A stretch of 64,000 nt of DNA from Candidatus Eiseniibacteriota bacterium (GCA_963703225.1 OY969801.1:1760001-1824000), one strand, 5' to 3'. Numbered from the stretch's first letter, positions 29,949 through 41,300 are shown. Notes: a model not told the origin generated them from the sequence alone. A program made the numbers and translations.

Positions 29949-32690
29949 TTGGGGTGCCTCCTCCCGCCCGCCGTCGCCCACGCCCAGTCCAAGGCCGTCA
30001 TGGCGCCCCCGGGCGCTCTCCCGGCCAACGTGGAGCGGATCGATTCTCTCGGCGGGATCACACAATTCCGTCTTCGATCGAACGGGATGAAGATCTTGCT
30101 GTCCCCGAATCACGCCGCGCCGGTCATCACGTTCCTCGTGGTCTATCACGTCGGGTCGCGCAACGAAGCGCCCGGGAATACGGGTTCGGCGCACCTCCTC
30201 GAGCACATGCTCTTCAACAAGAGCACGCAGAATTTTGGGCGGGCCAACGGGCACAAGACGTTCCAAGAGGTGCTCTATGAGGCGGGCGCCGACTTCTCCA
30301 GCACGAACATGACCACGTGGAATGACCGGATGACCGGATATTCGACGCTGCCGGAGGAGGACCTCGACCTCGCCATGCGGATTGAGGCGGACCGGATGAG
30401 CCGTGCTCTGGTCCTGGACGAGGAGCGGAAACCAGAGATGTCGGTCGTGATCAACGAGTACGAGATTGGGGAGAACAACCCCTACCGGGCCCTCGAGAAG
30501 TCGGTCGTGGCCTCCTGCATCGTCGCCCATCCGTATCACTGGGCCACGATCGGGTACCGATCCGACCTGGAGGGGGTCCCCACGGAAAAGCTGCGGGAGC
30601 ACTATCGCAATTTCTTCTGGCCCGACAACGCGGAGGCGATCCTCGTCGGCGACTTCGATCCGGTGGACGCCCTGCGGATCTTCGACCGTGAGTTCGGAGC
30701 GCTCGCGAAATCGAAGACGCCGATCCCCACCGTGATCACCGTGGAGCCTCCCCAAGAGGGGGAGCGCCGCGTGGTGGTGAACCGTCCTGGCGAGGTGGGA
30801 ATCGTGGAGCTCGCATACCTGAGGCCGGGCTCGCTCCACCCCGACTTCATCCCGCTCGATCTTCTCTCCGCGATCCTCTCGAGCGGCGTGAACTCGAGGC
30901 TCTACCAGGCGCTGGTGGAAACCGGCCTCGCCACCGACATCCGCGCCTCGAACTACGCGTTGCGGGACCCCTATCCAATCTTGGTAACGGCGACGGTCGC
31001 GCCGACGGCGACGCACGAAAAGGTGGAGGCGGCCCTGAAGGCGGTGCTTCGCGATGTCGCCGAGAAGGGTGTCACGGCCGAGGAGCTCGCGCGGGCCAAG
31101 AGGAGGCTCGAGGTCTCCGTCATTCGCGGTCGCGACGGCACCTACGAGCTCGCCTCATCGCTCGGTGAGGCGGTGGCTTCCGCGAACTGGAGATGGTTCG
31201 TGACCTACCTCGATTCCATGCGGCTCGTGACCACCGCGGATATTGAGCGGGTGGCCCAGAAGTACTTTGTCCCCGAGCATGCGACGGTCGGGTGGTTCAT
31301 CCCGATTCGAAACAACCCGCCTCCGACGAAATCGGCACCGGCCGCCAAGAAGTCGCCGCGAACCAAGCGGCCCGGTGCGGGCGGCGCGTACGCGGCGGAA
31401 TCGGGGCCTGGCGCCACGTTTGCCGACCGGACGTTCCATCGCATTCTTCGAAACGGGATCACGCTCAACGTGGTCGCGAACGCGGCGGTCCCGACCGTAG
31501 CGGTCCACGGCCTGGCGCTCGCGGGGCGGCAGGAGGCGCCCGTGGGGAAGCCGGCGGTCCCCCAGCTGACCGCGGCGATGTTGACGCGGGGCACCCAAAC
31601 GCGCGACAAACGCGCGATCGCGGCGCTCCTCGACGGCGTTGGCGCGAGCATCTCGATCAACGCCGATTTGACTGAGGCCCCAATTCTCGGCGCGGCGCTT
31701 TCGAAGGACACGCGCCTGCTCCTCTCGGTGCTCGCCGACGAGCTCAAGAACCCGGCCTTCGCCCCTGGAGAGCTGGCCAAGGCGAAGAGCGAGCTGAAGG
31801 CCGACCTTCTCCGCGGCTACGAGAGCACGAGTCTTCGCGCTCGTGAGCGCCTGTCGCGGCTCGCGTTTCCCAAGGGGCATCCGTACCGCGCGGCCGACCG
31901 CGAGGAGATGCTCGCGAGCCTCGATGCCGCGACCGTGGCCGACCTTCGGGCCTTCCACCACGATCGATACGTCGGATCGGGAATCATTCTCTCGATCGTG
32001 GGCGACGTCGATCCTGCCGCGGTCGCCTCGTTGGTCGACAGCCTCTTCTCCCCGATCCCCGCGGGCGGGCGGCCGCGATACGACATCCCCCGCACGGAGC
32101 CTAATTCCCCGGGGCTTGCGGTCGAGACGATGCGCGGGAAGGCGAACATGAATTTCGTATTCGGCGAAGCGAGCGGGCTACGGCGAATGGATCCCGACTG
32201 GGAAGCCGCGATCGTCGCGAACGCGGCGCTCGGACAGAGCTCACTCACCTCCCGAATCGGAAAGCGGGTGCGTGACCAGGAAGGCTTGAGCTACACGCTG
32301 AACTCTCGATTTCTCTGGTCGGATTATCTGGACGGGGTCTGGATGGTGGATGTCGCCGTCGCGCCCAAAAATCTGGCCAAGGCGCTCCGCTCCACGCGCG
32401 AGGAGATCGATCGCTATTGCAAGGAAGGAATCACGGAAGAGGAAGTGGCCACGCAGAGACGCTTCTTCGCGGGTAACTACCGGGTGCGCCTCAGTACGAA
32501 CGCGGGGATCGCTTTCGCGCTCACCTCCGCCGAGAAGTACGGATACGGCCCCGCGTACCTCGACCAGTTTCCGGTGAAGGTTGGATCGGTCACGCGGGAG
32601 CAGGTGAACCAGGTAATCCAGACCCGGCTCCGCCCCGACAAGCTGCACCTGGTGGTCGCGGGCGACCTCGACACCATCCCGGACTTCTGA
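29949..32690 (+). CDS. M16 (pitrilysin-family) zinc peptidase, fused two-half type; start uncertain
   Basis: YHVGSRNE, HLLEH (HxxEH), HPY..IG; second half with degenerate motif. Confidence 0.9.
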   Translation: MGCLLPPAVAHAQSKAVMAPPGALPANVERIDSLGGITQFRLRSNGMKILLSPNHAAPVITFLVVYHVGSRNEAPGNTGSAHLLEHMLFNKSTQNFGRANGHKTFQEVLYEAGADFSSTNMTTWNDRMTGYSTLPEEDLDLAMRIEADRMSRALVLDEERKPEMSVVINEYEIGENNPYRALEKSVVASCIVAHPYHWATIGYRSDLEGVPTEKLREHYRNFFWPDNAEAILVGDFDPVDALRIFDREFGALAKSKTPIPTVITVEPPQEGERRVVVNRPGEVGIVELAYLRPGSLHPDFIPLDLLSAILSSGVNSRLYQALVETGLATDIRASNYALRDPYPILVTATVAPTATHEKVEAALKAVLRDVAEKGVTAEELARAKRRLEVSVIRGRDGTYELASSLGEAVASANWRWFVTYLDSMRLVTTADIERVAQKYFVPEHATVGWFIPIRNNPPPTKSAPAAKKSPRTKRPGAGGAYAAESGPGATFADRTFHRILRNGITLNVVANAAVPTVAVHGLALAGRQEAPVGKPAVPQLTAAMLTRGTQTRDKRAIAALLDGVGASISINADLTEAPILGAALSKDTRLLLSVLADELKNPAFAPGELAKAKSELKADLLRGYESTSLRARERLSRLAFPKGHPYRAADREEMLASLDAATVADLRAFHHDRYVGSGIILSIVGDVDPAAVASLVDSLFSPIPAGGRPRYDIPRTEPNSPGLAVETMRGKANMNFVFGEASGLRRMDPDWEAAIVANAALGQSSLTSRIGKRVRDQEGLSYTLNSRFLWSDYLDGVWMVDVAVAPKNLAKALRSTREEIDRYCKEGITEEEVATQRRFFAGNYRVRLSTNAGIAFALTSAEKYGYGPAYLDQFPVKVGSVTREQVNQVIQTRLRPDKLHLVVAGDLDTIPDF

Positions 32691-32721
32691 CCACCTTCGA
32701 GACTCTGCGATCCCTCCGCGG

Positions 32722-35571
32722 CTATTTGAGGAGGGTCATGTCCTTCGTCAACACCTTGTCGGCCACGCGAAGCCGGTAGTAGTACCGCCCGCTCGCGACC
32801 GCACGTCCCTGGTCATCCCGTCCATCCCAACGCGCGATGTGACTTCCGGCGGGCTGGTTGGCGTCGACCAGTGACCGGACCAGACGCCCCGAGACATCAA
32901 AGACGTGGAGCTTCACCCGTCCTGCCCGACCGACCTCGTAGGGAATCACCGTGGACGGATTGAACGGATTGGGCGCGTTTTGCATGAGACGCGCGGCCGG
33001 AGCGGCCGGCGATTCCGCCACCGCGGTCACCCGCGGAATGGAATTGGGATTCGCCGGATCCGACCCCATCAGGACTTCCAGCCGGTCGCGGAATCCGTCC
33101 CGGTCGCGGTCGATGCCCATGCGCGTCCCGGAGCCCGGAGGCACGCCCAGGTAGGTCACCGCTTCCCCGGGGGCCGACGGCAGCGAGCGGAGCGCGTCGG
33201 CTCCGATCGGCCCCTCTGGATCGAAGTCCGTGGTGAACACCCGGCTCCCGGTATAGAGGTAGCCTCGGTTTTGGCCGCCGATGAACGCGTGCGCCACCAG
33301 CTCGCAGTTCCCCAGGTCGGCCTCCGCGTAGAGAGAGTCGAGCTGCGCCGCCAGCGAGGCGGAGCCCTTGGTCAGCGCCGTGATCGAAAGCTGCCGGCCC
33401 ACCGAGGGAGCGAGCCCGGTGTCGAAGGAGAGCAGGAACGACGCGAGATCGATGCGCTGCTGCTCGTTGTTGAAATTGAAGACGGGGAGATGGAGGAACG
33501 TGACCAGATTGTCGATCGAGCCGTCGTGGATGAAGCCATAGCCCCGCGCCTGCATCCCGGCGCCGTTCGTGAACCCGGTCTTCTGGTACATGTTTCGCAG
33601 CTGGGGCACTTTGATCCCCTGGCTTTCCTGAAGCAGGACGCCCGGGATGATGGTGCCGTTCGTGCCGGTCGGCAGCGCGTGGCACCCGCTGCACGCGACG
33701 ACGTCGTGGTTGTTCCCGAACTCGACCCTGCCCCGCGTCGGGCTCGGCGTGGGCGCCGGCGGATTCGGCCAGGTCCGGTCCAGGTTCTGGTTCGGATTGG
33801 GCGGGTAGACCACCGTCATGATGAAGTCGTTGTACTTCTGCATGTCGGAAGTCGAAAGCATGTCCCGGTTCCCCATCAGCTTGATAAACGCGGGATTGAA
33901 TTTGGTGAAGTCTTCGCGGTCCCCGCGCCAGTGGAACGGGGTCGCGGTCTTGAGGCCGCGAAGCGACTGCGTGGTCATCGGACCCTTCATGGGATCGAAG
34001 TCGGGGAGCAGGGGCGACTGGCCCGGCGGAACCGGGTCCCGGTCGCCCAGCGGATTCCCGAGATCCCAGGCGATGTTGTCGAAATTTCCCGCGATGTGGC
34101 ACGAGGAGCAGGCCAGATCTCCGTGGTCCGAGATCGTCCCGTCGTAGAGGAACCGGCGCCCATCGATCACTTCGCTGGGGCTGGGGTCGAACCGGAGGAA
34201 CACCTCACCCACGTTGCTCTCGGTCGTGACGTCGATGATGGCGACCGAGTTCGCGAACCGGTTGAGCACGTAGAGCTGTCCGTGGGCCTCATCCAACGCC
34301 AGCCCGGTCGGGCCGCCCCGCCGTGGCGGCGGGGAGAGGGACGACGGGATCCGGTTGAGCACGATCCCGGACGAGGGCTCCACGACCCCCACCTTGTCCG
34401 ATCCGAGGGCCGCCACGTAGAGCCGGGTCTCGGCGCTGTTCACGGCGAGGTCGATCGGCTGAGAAAGGCTCAGGTCCTTCTCGAAATCGGGGCCGGGGAT
34501 CGTGTCGTACGTGATGTGGGTATTGAGATGCCAGGCCGCCGATGGAACCACGCCGCCCGGGCCAATCCTCGTGATCCGATTCTGGAGGAACCGACCCCTC
34601 AGGTTTGGCTCGAAGCGGGTCCGGTTGAAGGCGTCCGTGTTCGTGACGTAGAGATTACCGCTCGAGGGGGCGACCGCGAGATTGAGGAGATTGGTTCCGA
34701 CGTCGGAGATCGTCCGGAGCAAAGCACCCGAGTTCGCATCCAGGACCGAGATGTCGCGGTCCGGCATGTCGTACGGGATGACCGAATTCCATGTCTTTTG
34801 GGACGCCGGGCGCTCGTCGACCCAGTCGCCGCCGACCTTCTGCACGATGAGCCCTACGTCGGGCGCCGCGGCTGTGAGCTTCCGGGGCGGGCTGGGCGGC
34901 GCCGGGCCGCCTCCGCTTTGCACCGTGTTCGCCCCGATGATCGTCGTCCGGTTCCCCGCGTCGAGGATCCCCACGTAGACTTCATTCCCGTGCACGGCGA
35001 GGGCTCGCGGATGACGGCCGAAAATGGGGCGGACCGTATTGAGGGTCGGCGCCGTTGGGTTCGTCAGGTCGTAGAGCTTGATGGCGTCCTCGCCGCTCAC
35101 GCAGACGAAGGCCCGCATCGGGCTCCCCGCGAAGACGACGTCGGTCGGCTCGTCTCCGACGTGCACGCTGCCGACGACGCTCAGCGTCCAGAGGTTCACG
35201 ATGCTCACGTCGTCCGAAACGTTGTCCACGACCCACGCGAGGCTGTCGTCGAACGCCGTGACCGATACCGGCTCGAGACCGACGGGAACGTCCCCGAACC
35301 GCGACAGGGAGTGATCTCCGATCATGAAGATCTCGAGGCGCGCGTCGGGCGTGTTCACCGCGAGGAGCCGCGTTCCGTCCGGCGTGATGGCGAGCGGATG
35401 GATTTGCAGCGCCTCGAAGTTCGTGTAGTCGCCGATCGCGGGTGTCGAGGATCGGAGCGTCGAGGGTCGAAGCAAGAGTGCGGAAGTGGAGACGATGGCG
35501 ACGAGGGTGAAAAGTCCGAGGAGTGCGCGGAGCAAAGCGGCGCGACGTGCGGGGAGCGGACCCACCGGCAT
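32722..35571 (-). CDS. Secreted YncE-type beta-propeller / di-haem cytochrome c (peroxidase-superfamily-like) protein with FlgD/T9SS-like CTD
   Basis: VPVGLEPV and VGDEPTDV propeller repeats; CSSCH (34096-34110) and CSGCH (33679-33693); TQSLRGL..PFHW, KVPQLRN; CTD QNAPNPFNP...WDGRDDQGRAVASGRYYYRL. Confidence 0.85.
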   Translation of the reverse strand: MPVGPLPARRAALLRALLGLFTLVAIVSTSALLLRPSTLRSSTPAIGDYTNFEALQIHPLAITPDGTRLLAVNTPDARLEIFMIGDHSLSRFGDVPVGLEPVSVTAFDDSLAWVVDNVSDDVSIVNLWTLSVVGSVHVGDEPTDVVFAGSPMRAFVCVSGEDAIKLYDLTNPTAPTLNTVRPIFGRHPRALAVHGNEVYVGILDAGNRTTIIGANTVQSGGGPAPPSPPRKLTAAAPDVGLIVQKVGGDWVDERPASQKTWNSVIPYDMPDRDISVLDANSGALLRTISDVGTNLLNLAVAPSSGNLYVTNTDAFNRTRFEPNLRGRFLQNRITRIGPGGVVPSAAWHLNTHITYDTIPGPDFEKDLSLSQPIDLAVNSAETRLYVAALGSDKVGVVEPSSGIVLNRIPSSLSPPPRRGGPTGLALDEAHGQLYVLNRFANSVAIIDVTTESNVGEVFLRFDPSPSEVIDGRRFLYDGTISDHGDLACSSCHIAGNFDNIAWDLGNPLGDRDPVPPGQSPLLPDFDPMKGPMTTQSLRGLKTATPFHWRGDREDFTKFNPAFIKLMGNRDMLSTSDMQKYNDFIMTVVYPPNPNQNLDRTWPNPPAPTPSPTRGRVEFGNNHDVVACSGCHALPTGTNGTIIPGVLLQESQGIKVPQLRNMYQKTGFTNGAGMQARGYGFIHDGSIDNLVTFLHLPVFNFNNEQQRIDLASFLLSFDTGLAPSVGRQLSITALTKGSASLAAQLDSLYAEADLGNCELVAHAFIGGQNRGYLYTGSRVFTTDFDPEGPIGADALRSLPSAPGEAVTYLGVPPGSGTRMGIDRDRDGFRDRLEVLMGSDPANPNSIPRVTAVAESPAAPAARLMQNAPNPFNPSTVIPYEVGRAGRVKLHVFDVSGRLVRSLVDANQPAGSHIARWDGRDDQGRAVASGRYYYRLRVADKVLTKDMTLLK

Positions 35572-35622
35572 AGGACCTCCTGGCAATGCCCCCTACTTCA
35601 GTAGAAGCAATTTAGGTAAACA

Positions 35623-35651
35623 ATTATAGCATATTCGCTTGCTCCATGCAA
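35623..35651 (-). promoter_or_regulatory. Near-consensus sigma70 promoter for the di-haem protein
   Basis: TTGCAT-17 bp-TATAAT with extended TGn, inside the 3' end of the GT4 gene. Confidence 0.75.
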
Positions 35652-36820
35652 GCCCCGGCCGCCCGCTCCACCGAGAGCGGGTCGATGCGACGATTCTGGA
35701 ACGCGTCGCAAGCGTCCCGGAGCGCTCCCTCCATGCGACCGCGATAGACCCGCCGGTCGAACGCAAGGGCGTGACGCCGAAGCGTTTCCGGGTCGAATTG
35801 CCGCGCCGAGAATTCCTCGAGCGCCCCCATGAGGCCCGATTCGGAGGCCTCGTCGAACAGAACTCCCGTGCCCGCCGCGACCACCTCGGCCGCCCCCCCC
35901 TTCCGGAGCGCGATCACCGGGCGCCCGCAGGCCATCGCCTCCAGCGGCGCGATCCCAAAATCCTCCTCGTGCGCCTGGATCAGCGCGCGGCATGCGCGAT
36001 AGGCCTCGCGGAGTGCTTCCATCGAGAGCCAGTCGTCGAATCGAACCGTGCCTCCCGCTATGGATCGGAGCCTCTTCCCTTCGGGACCCGTCCCCACCAC
36101 GCGCAGCGGAATCCCTCGGCGGTTCGCGACCCGGATCGCCAGCTCGACGCCCTTGTACGGCACCAGCGCCGAAACGACGAGAAAGGGCGCCTCGGCGGAA
36201 CTCCCCGTCCGCTCTTCCCCCGGTGTGAAGAAGGCGGCATCCACGGGCGGATAGACCACCAGCGCGGGGCGGCGGTAGTGCTTGGCGATGCGATCGCGGA
36301 CGTGGCGCGAGTCGGCGATGAAGAGGTCCACCCGATCGGCGCTCACCCGATCCCAGATGCGGAAGTGATGCGCGACCCAAGGCGCGACGACGCGCCCGAG
36401 GGGGCTCCCCCTCCCCGCGCCGAAGTACTGCGGGTAGAGGTCCCAAAAATAGCGCACCGGCGTGAAGCAGTAGCAAACGTGCAACGTGTCGGCCCGGGTT
36501 AGGGCTCCCTTCGCGGCGCAGTGGCTGGTCGATACGACCAGATCGTAGCCGGTCAGGTCGAAGGACTCGACCGCCATCGGGTAGAACGGAACATACCAGC
36601 GGTAGTGGCTGCGGCCCCACGGCAGCCGCGCGATCCAGGATTCGTGCACGCGGCGCGCCTCGATCGTCTTGGAGACGCTCCCGCGACGATGGACCAGCGT
36701 GTAGAGGTCGGCGTGCGGGAACATCTCGCAGAGAACCTCTAGACATTTCTCTCCCCCGCGCATGCCCGTGAGCCAGTCATGGACCAGCGCGACGCGGAGT
36801 GTTTCAAGCGAGAGCGCCAT
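35624..36820 (-). CDS. Group 1 (GT4) glycosyltransferase
   Basis: VALVHDWLTGMRGGEK, VYPPVD, EEDFGIAPLEAMACG. Confidence 0.93.
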   Translation of the reverse strand: MALSLETLRVALVHDWLTGMRGGEKCLEVLCEMFPHADLYTLVHRRGSVSKTIEARRVHESWIARLPWGRSHYRWYVPFYPMAVESFDLTGYDLVVSTSHCAAKGALTRADTLHVCYCFTPVRYFWDLYPQYFGAGRGSPLGRVVAPWVAHHFRIWDRVSADRVDLFIADSRHVRDRIAKHYRRPALVVYPPVDAAFFTPGEERTGSSAEAPFLVVSALVPYKGVELAIRVANRRGIPLRVVGTGPEGKRLRSIAGGTVRFDDWLSMEALREAYRACRALIQAHEEDFGIAPLEAMACGRPVIALRKGGAAEVVAAGTGVLFDEASESGLMGALEEFSARQFDPETLRRHALAFDRRVYRGRMEGALRDACDAFQNRRIDPLSVERAAGACMEQANML

Positions 36821-36829
36821 GGACGTCCG

Positions 36830-38311
36830 TCAGCCGGCGCGGGCCGGCGACGCCGCCTCGAGCCGATCGGCGGCATCCCGGAGGCGGCGGACGGTGCGCT
36901 CCGGTCCCAGGAGGAGCATGACGTCGAAGATTCCCGGCGTGACCTTCTTGCCGGTCAGCGCAATCCGCGCGGGCATGATCACCTCGCCCGCCTTGACGCC
37001 CTCCTGGGAAGCCAACCCGCGCGTCGCTTGCTCGAGCGGGTCGTGTTCGAACGGCGAGGTCCGTTCCAGCGCGTCGGCCAGCTTTCGGAGTCGATCGGCC
37101 GTGCCCGGCTTCGCCTGAAGCTCACTCCAGAGCGCCGGGTCGGGCTCCACGCGATCGACGAAGAGATAGGCTGAGTAGTCGAGGAAGTGCTGCGGCCGCT
37201 TGATCCGGTCCCCCGCCGCTTCCACGGCGCGCATCAGGAACGCGCGGTCTTCGAGCACCGGCTCGGGTAGCGCCCGGGTCGCGCGCAGGTGCTCCACCAC
37301 GAGATCGGTCCGCCGCGTGAGCGGAAGGGCGCGGAAGTACTCGCCGTTCATCCACTCCAGCTTGTCGTAGTTGAAGATCGCGGGATTCTTGGAGACCCGG
37401 TCGAGCGTGAAGTAGCGAGCCAGCTCCTCCAGGGTGAAGATCTCCCGCTCGCCGTCGTAGGCCCAACCGAGCAGCGCCAGGAAATTCACCATCGCCTCGG
37501 GGAGGAAACCCTCGTCGCGAAATGTGGTCACGGACGTCGCGCCGTGGCGCTTCGAGAGCCGTGTCCCATCGGGACCGAGGATCATCGGAAAGTGGGCGAA
37601 GCGGGGCGGCTCCCACCCGAGGGCGCGGTAGATCTGGATTTGGCGGGGCGTGTTCGAGATGTGGTCATCGCCGCGGAGCACGTCGGAAATTTCCATCGCG
37701 TGGTCGTCCACGACCGCCGCGAAGTTGTAGGTCGGGTGAAGGTCCGACCGAACGATCACAAGATCGTCCAGCGACGAGTTCTGAAACGTCACGTCCCCGC
37801 GAACCCCGTCGCTCCAGGTCGTCTCGCCGTCCGGCATCTTGAAGCGGATCGCGTGCGCTTCCCCCCGGGCGGCTCGGGCGTGGGCGTCGGCGGGCGAGAT
37901 CTTGAGGCAGGTGCGATCGTACTTGGGAGGTTCGCCCCGCTTCATGGCCTCGTCGCGGCGCCGCTTGAGATCCTCGGGATCGCAGAAGCAGCGGTAGGCT
38001 TTCCCCTCCTGCAGGAGCCGCTCCACCGCCGCCGCGTAGAGCGGAAGGCGCCCGCTCTGGTGATAGGGCCCCAAGGTTCCGCCGACGCCCGGACCCTCGT
38101 CCCACTGAAAGCCGAGCCACCGAAGCCCTTCGTAGATCGCCTCCACCGAGTCCTCGGTGGACCGCTCCCGGTCGGTGTCCTCAATGCGCAAGATAAAGAC
38201 CCCGCCGTGATGGCGCGCGAAAAGGAAATTGAAGAGAGCCGTTCTCGCCCCACCGACATGGAGGTAGCCGCTCGGGCTCGGCGCGAAGCGCACCCGGACC
38301 GGTGACGCCAT
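36830..38311 (-). CDS. gltX: Glutamate--tRNA ligase
   Basis: RFAPSPSGYLHVGG, RIEDTD, RGDDH, LSKRHG. Confidence 0.96.
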   Translation of the reverse strand: MASPVRVRFAPSPSGYLHVGGARTALFNFLFARHHGGVFILRIEDTDRERSTEDSVEAIYEGLRWLGFQWDEGPGVGGTLGPYHQSGRLPLYAAAVERLLQEGKAYRCFCDPEDLKRRRDEAMKRGEPPKYDRTCLKISPADAHARAARGEAHAIRFKMPDGETTWSDGVRGDVTFQNSSLDDLVIVRSDLHPTYNFAAVVDDHAMEISDVLRGDDHISNTPRQIQIYRALGWEPPRFAHFPMILGPDGTRLSKRHGATSVTTFRDEGFLPEAMVNFLALLGWAYDGEREIFTLEELARYFTLDRVSKNPAIFNYDKLEWMNGEYFRALPLTRRTDLVVEHLRATRALPEPVLEDRAFLMRAVEAAGDRIKRPQHFLDYSAYLFVDRVEPDPALWSELQAKPGTADRLRKLADALERTSPFEHDPLEQATRGLASQEGVKAGEVIMPARIALTGKKVTPGIFDVMLLLGPERTVRRLRDAADRLEAASPARAG

Positions 38312-38362
38312 CGATTCTCCTCTGGGGATGATGGATTGGCCGCGGGCCTTGGCCCGCCGGCG

Positions 38363-41300
38363 CTAACGCAGGAGCGTCATCTTCCGCGTGAACGCCGCCG
38401 CGCCGATCTCGGCGCGGTAGATGTAGACCCCCGATGCCGTTGGATTGCCGCGCTCATCGCGACCATCCCAGCGGGCCTCATGATAGCCGGGTTGGACTCG
38501 GCTGGAAACCAATGTCCGCACCAGCCTCCCCCCCACGGCGTAGACACGGAGCCGCACGTCCATCGGTTCGGTCCCAGGCACCGCGTAGCCGATGACGGTC
38601 GCCGGGTTGAAGGGGTTGGGGCGGTTCTGGTCGATCCACGCGCGGGCCGGTGGCGTCGACGGCGCGGGATCGATTGGGGTTGGATCGACGGCCGTGAGGA
38701 TCGGGAACGTCGAGAGGCCGGTATGCCAGTTGTCGTGGTGGAACATCGGCCACGCCATGCCCACTGGATTGAACGCTCCCGGGTAGCGCCACGCGCGGAG
38801 CTGGCGGTCCCAGCCCGCGACCACGATGTCGGTCGCGCCGTCTTGGTCGAGGTCCCAGACGGCTGGCGAGCCGCGGACTTCGGCTCCGGTCTCGATGGGA
38901 AAGCCGCTGACCGGGTTTCCATCGGCGTGAAACGCGTAGAGACGGCGGTCCTCCGCTCCGATCAGCACCTCGAGGGAGCCGTCGCCGTCGAGGTCGGCCA
39001 CCACGGGGGTCGCCTCCGTGGCCGCGCCCAGATGCACCGCGCTCCATCCGGCGAGCGTGTTTCCGGAGGGACCAAACGCCCTCAGGGTCCCATCGGCGCC
39101 GCAGATGATGACGCAGAGCGAGGGATCCCCCAGATGACGCAGAAGGGGCGCCAGGACCGGTGAATTGACCCGGCCGTTTCCGGGGGTCAGCTCCAGCGGC
39201 CGGGGCCAGCCGGGGGACCGCGATCCGGAGCTGGTGAGCACGTAGACGCTGTCGTTCCCGCACGCGATCGCGATCTCGAGCCCGCCTCCGGGGATCACGT
39301 CTCCGATCGCCGGCGACGAGCTCATCAGTCCCGTCGCGGAGAACGGCCAGCCCGGGAGCGGCACGCCGTTTCGAAGCGCGTAGACCGTCGCGGCCGACGT
39401 GCCGAAGACGATCTCCCGAGCGCCGTCCTGGTTCAAATCGGCGATCGCCGGGGAGGAGATGACGGTTCCGTTGGGCACGAAGTAGACGCCGTTGGTCGCC
39501 GGATTCGAGTCCCCGTCCCGAACCTCCGAGCCGTCGGCGTTCCAGGCATAGAGCCTGTTGGTGTTCGACCCGATGCAAATCTCCAGCTGGCCATCGCCGT
39601 CGATGTCCCCCACCGCGGGCACCGACCAAAATGGCGCCGCGCCCTTCCGCGGCCAGCCGGGCATGAGATCGCCGTTGCTCTTGAAGACCGCGAGGGTCGA
39701 GTCGTTCCAGGAGGCGGCGATGATCTCGGGCGTGCCGTCGAAGTCCAGATCGGCCGCCGCCGGAGAGGAAGCGATGTTGTGGAGGAGTGTGGTGAAGATT
39801 CCGGTGGTCACGGTGCTCTGGTCTCCGTCGTGCCAATCGGTGCCGTCGGGCCTGAAGACATAGAGATAGTCCGAGCCGACGAGGACCTCGGGGCGGTCGT
39901 CCCCGTCGAGGTCGGCCAGGCAGACCGAGGATGAGGTCGATTGCCCCAGCGTGGCCGGCCACCCGAGCAAGGAAGGCGGAACGGTGCTCGCGAGCAGAAT
40001 CGACGATCGCGCTCCCTCGTTCCCGCTGGAGTCCACGCAGCTCACCTGATAGCGGTACGAAGTGAGCAGGGAGAGTCCTCCGTCTTCAAAGGTTGGAATC
40101 CGGCGGATCGGGATGGGCGTCACCGATTGCGGAACGCTCGCGTCGTTGGGAGCGCGGTAGACCCGGTACCCCGCGAGATCGGCCGCGACCACGGGATCCC
40201 AGGCGATCGTGACGCGATCGATCCCTGAAGACTCCACGCGAGGAGGCGCCGGCGAGGCGGGGATGCTCCGATCGATCGGAAACGTCCAGGAATGGCCGTA
40301 CGCGTCGCTCAATCGAAGATCGAAGAGCCGTCCGGAGGGGACAGCGGCCACCTGAAAGCGGAGCGCCGGAATCGATCCGGTGCCGCCGGCGGCGACGTCG
40401 CCCGCCGCCGCGTTCGTATCGAGGAGCGTCACCCCGGGGGCCGGGTTCAAGACCTGCGCCGCGAGATTTCGTGCGCGGGCTCCCCCATCGTTCCCGACCG
40501 TGTAGGCCAGGGACGCGGTCTCCCCGGGGTCGAGCACGCCGTTTCCGTTGCCCGGTGCCGCGTCGCTGAACACGTTCCCGGCGAGGAGCGGCACGGCCGC
40601 TCCCACCGCGAGCGCGACTTCAGCGCTGTCGGCGCGCACCCCGTCCGAGAAGATGATCCGGAGTTTCTCCGTTCGCGCCGCGTTAGGCGAGGCGAGCGCG
40701 TGCGCCCCCAGGGTGGTGGGAATGGCCGCCTGGGCTCCGGCGCCGAGCGTTCCCAGGCCCGCGCTCCCGGCGTCGACCGCGACACCCGATGTCAGCGCTT
40801 GTAGCGTCAGGGTCAGCGGTCCGGACCCCGCGCTCCCCCCGATGTTCCGGACGGAGCCGCCGATGCCGAAGGTCTCCCCGGCGCCGACGATTCCGTCGGC
40901 GTCGCCGCCCAAATCATCCCGAACCGATCCATTCAGAAGGGCGTAGACCGCCGGCGCCGCCGCGGTCACCGTGAGGGAGTCGAGGTAGGGCGCAGCGCCA
41001 TCGGCGGTCACGGCGAATGAGAACGGGCCCGTCGAGCCGGGGTGGAACGGCACGACGGCCTGCCCGAGCGCGTTCGTCCGGACCGCGCGATACTCTTCGC
41101 CGGCCTTCCACGCCACGACGAGCGCCGATTCCACCGGCGCCCCTCCTCTGAGAACGGAGACGGCGAATCCTCCCGCGCCCACCGGGACCGTGGCGGGCCG
41201 GGTCACCGTGAGCGAGACCGGTGCGCACTTCCAGATATTCATCGACGGGACGCCCAAGAGAACCGTCTCGAAGTAGGCCCAGCGAGCGAGCGACTCCGAG

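Noticed and set aside
36830..38311. Calling GltX discriminating or non-discriminating
   Set aside because: The Arg in AGDRIK may match the discriminating position, but one residue judged by eye is not decisive without the glnS/gatCAB inventory.
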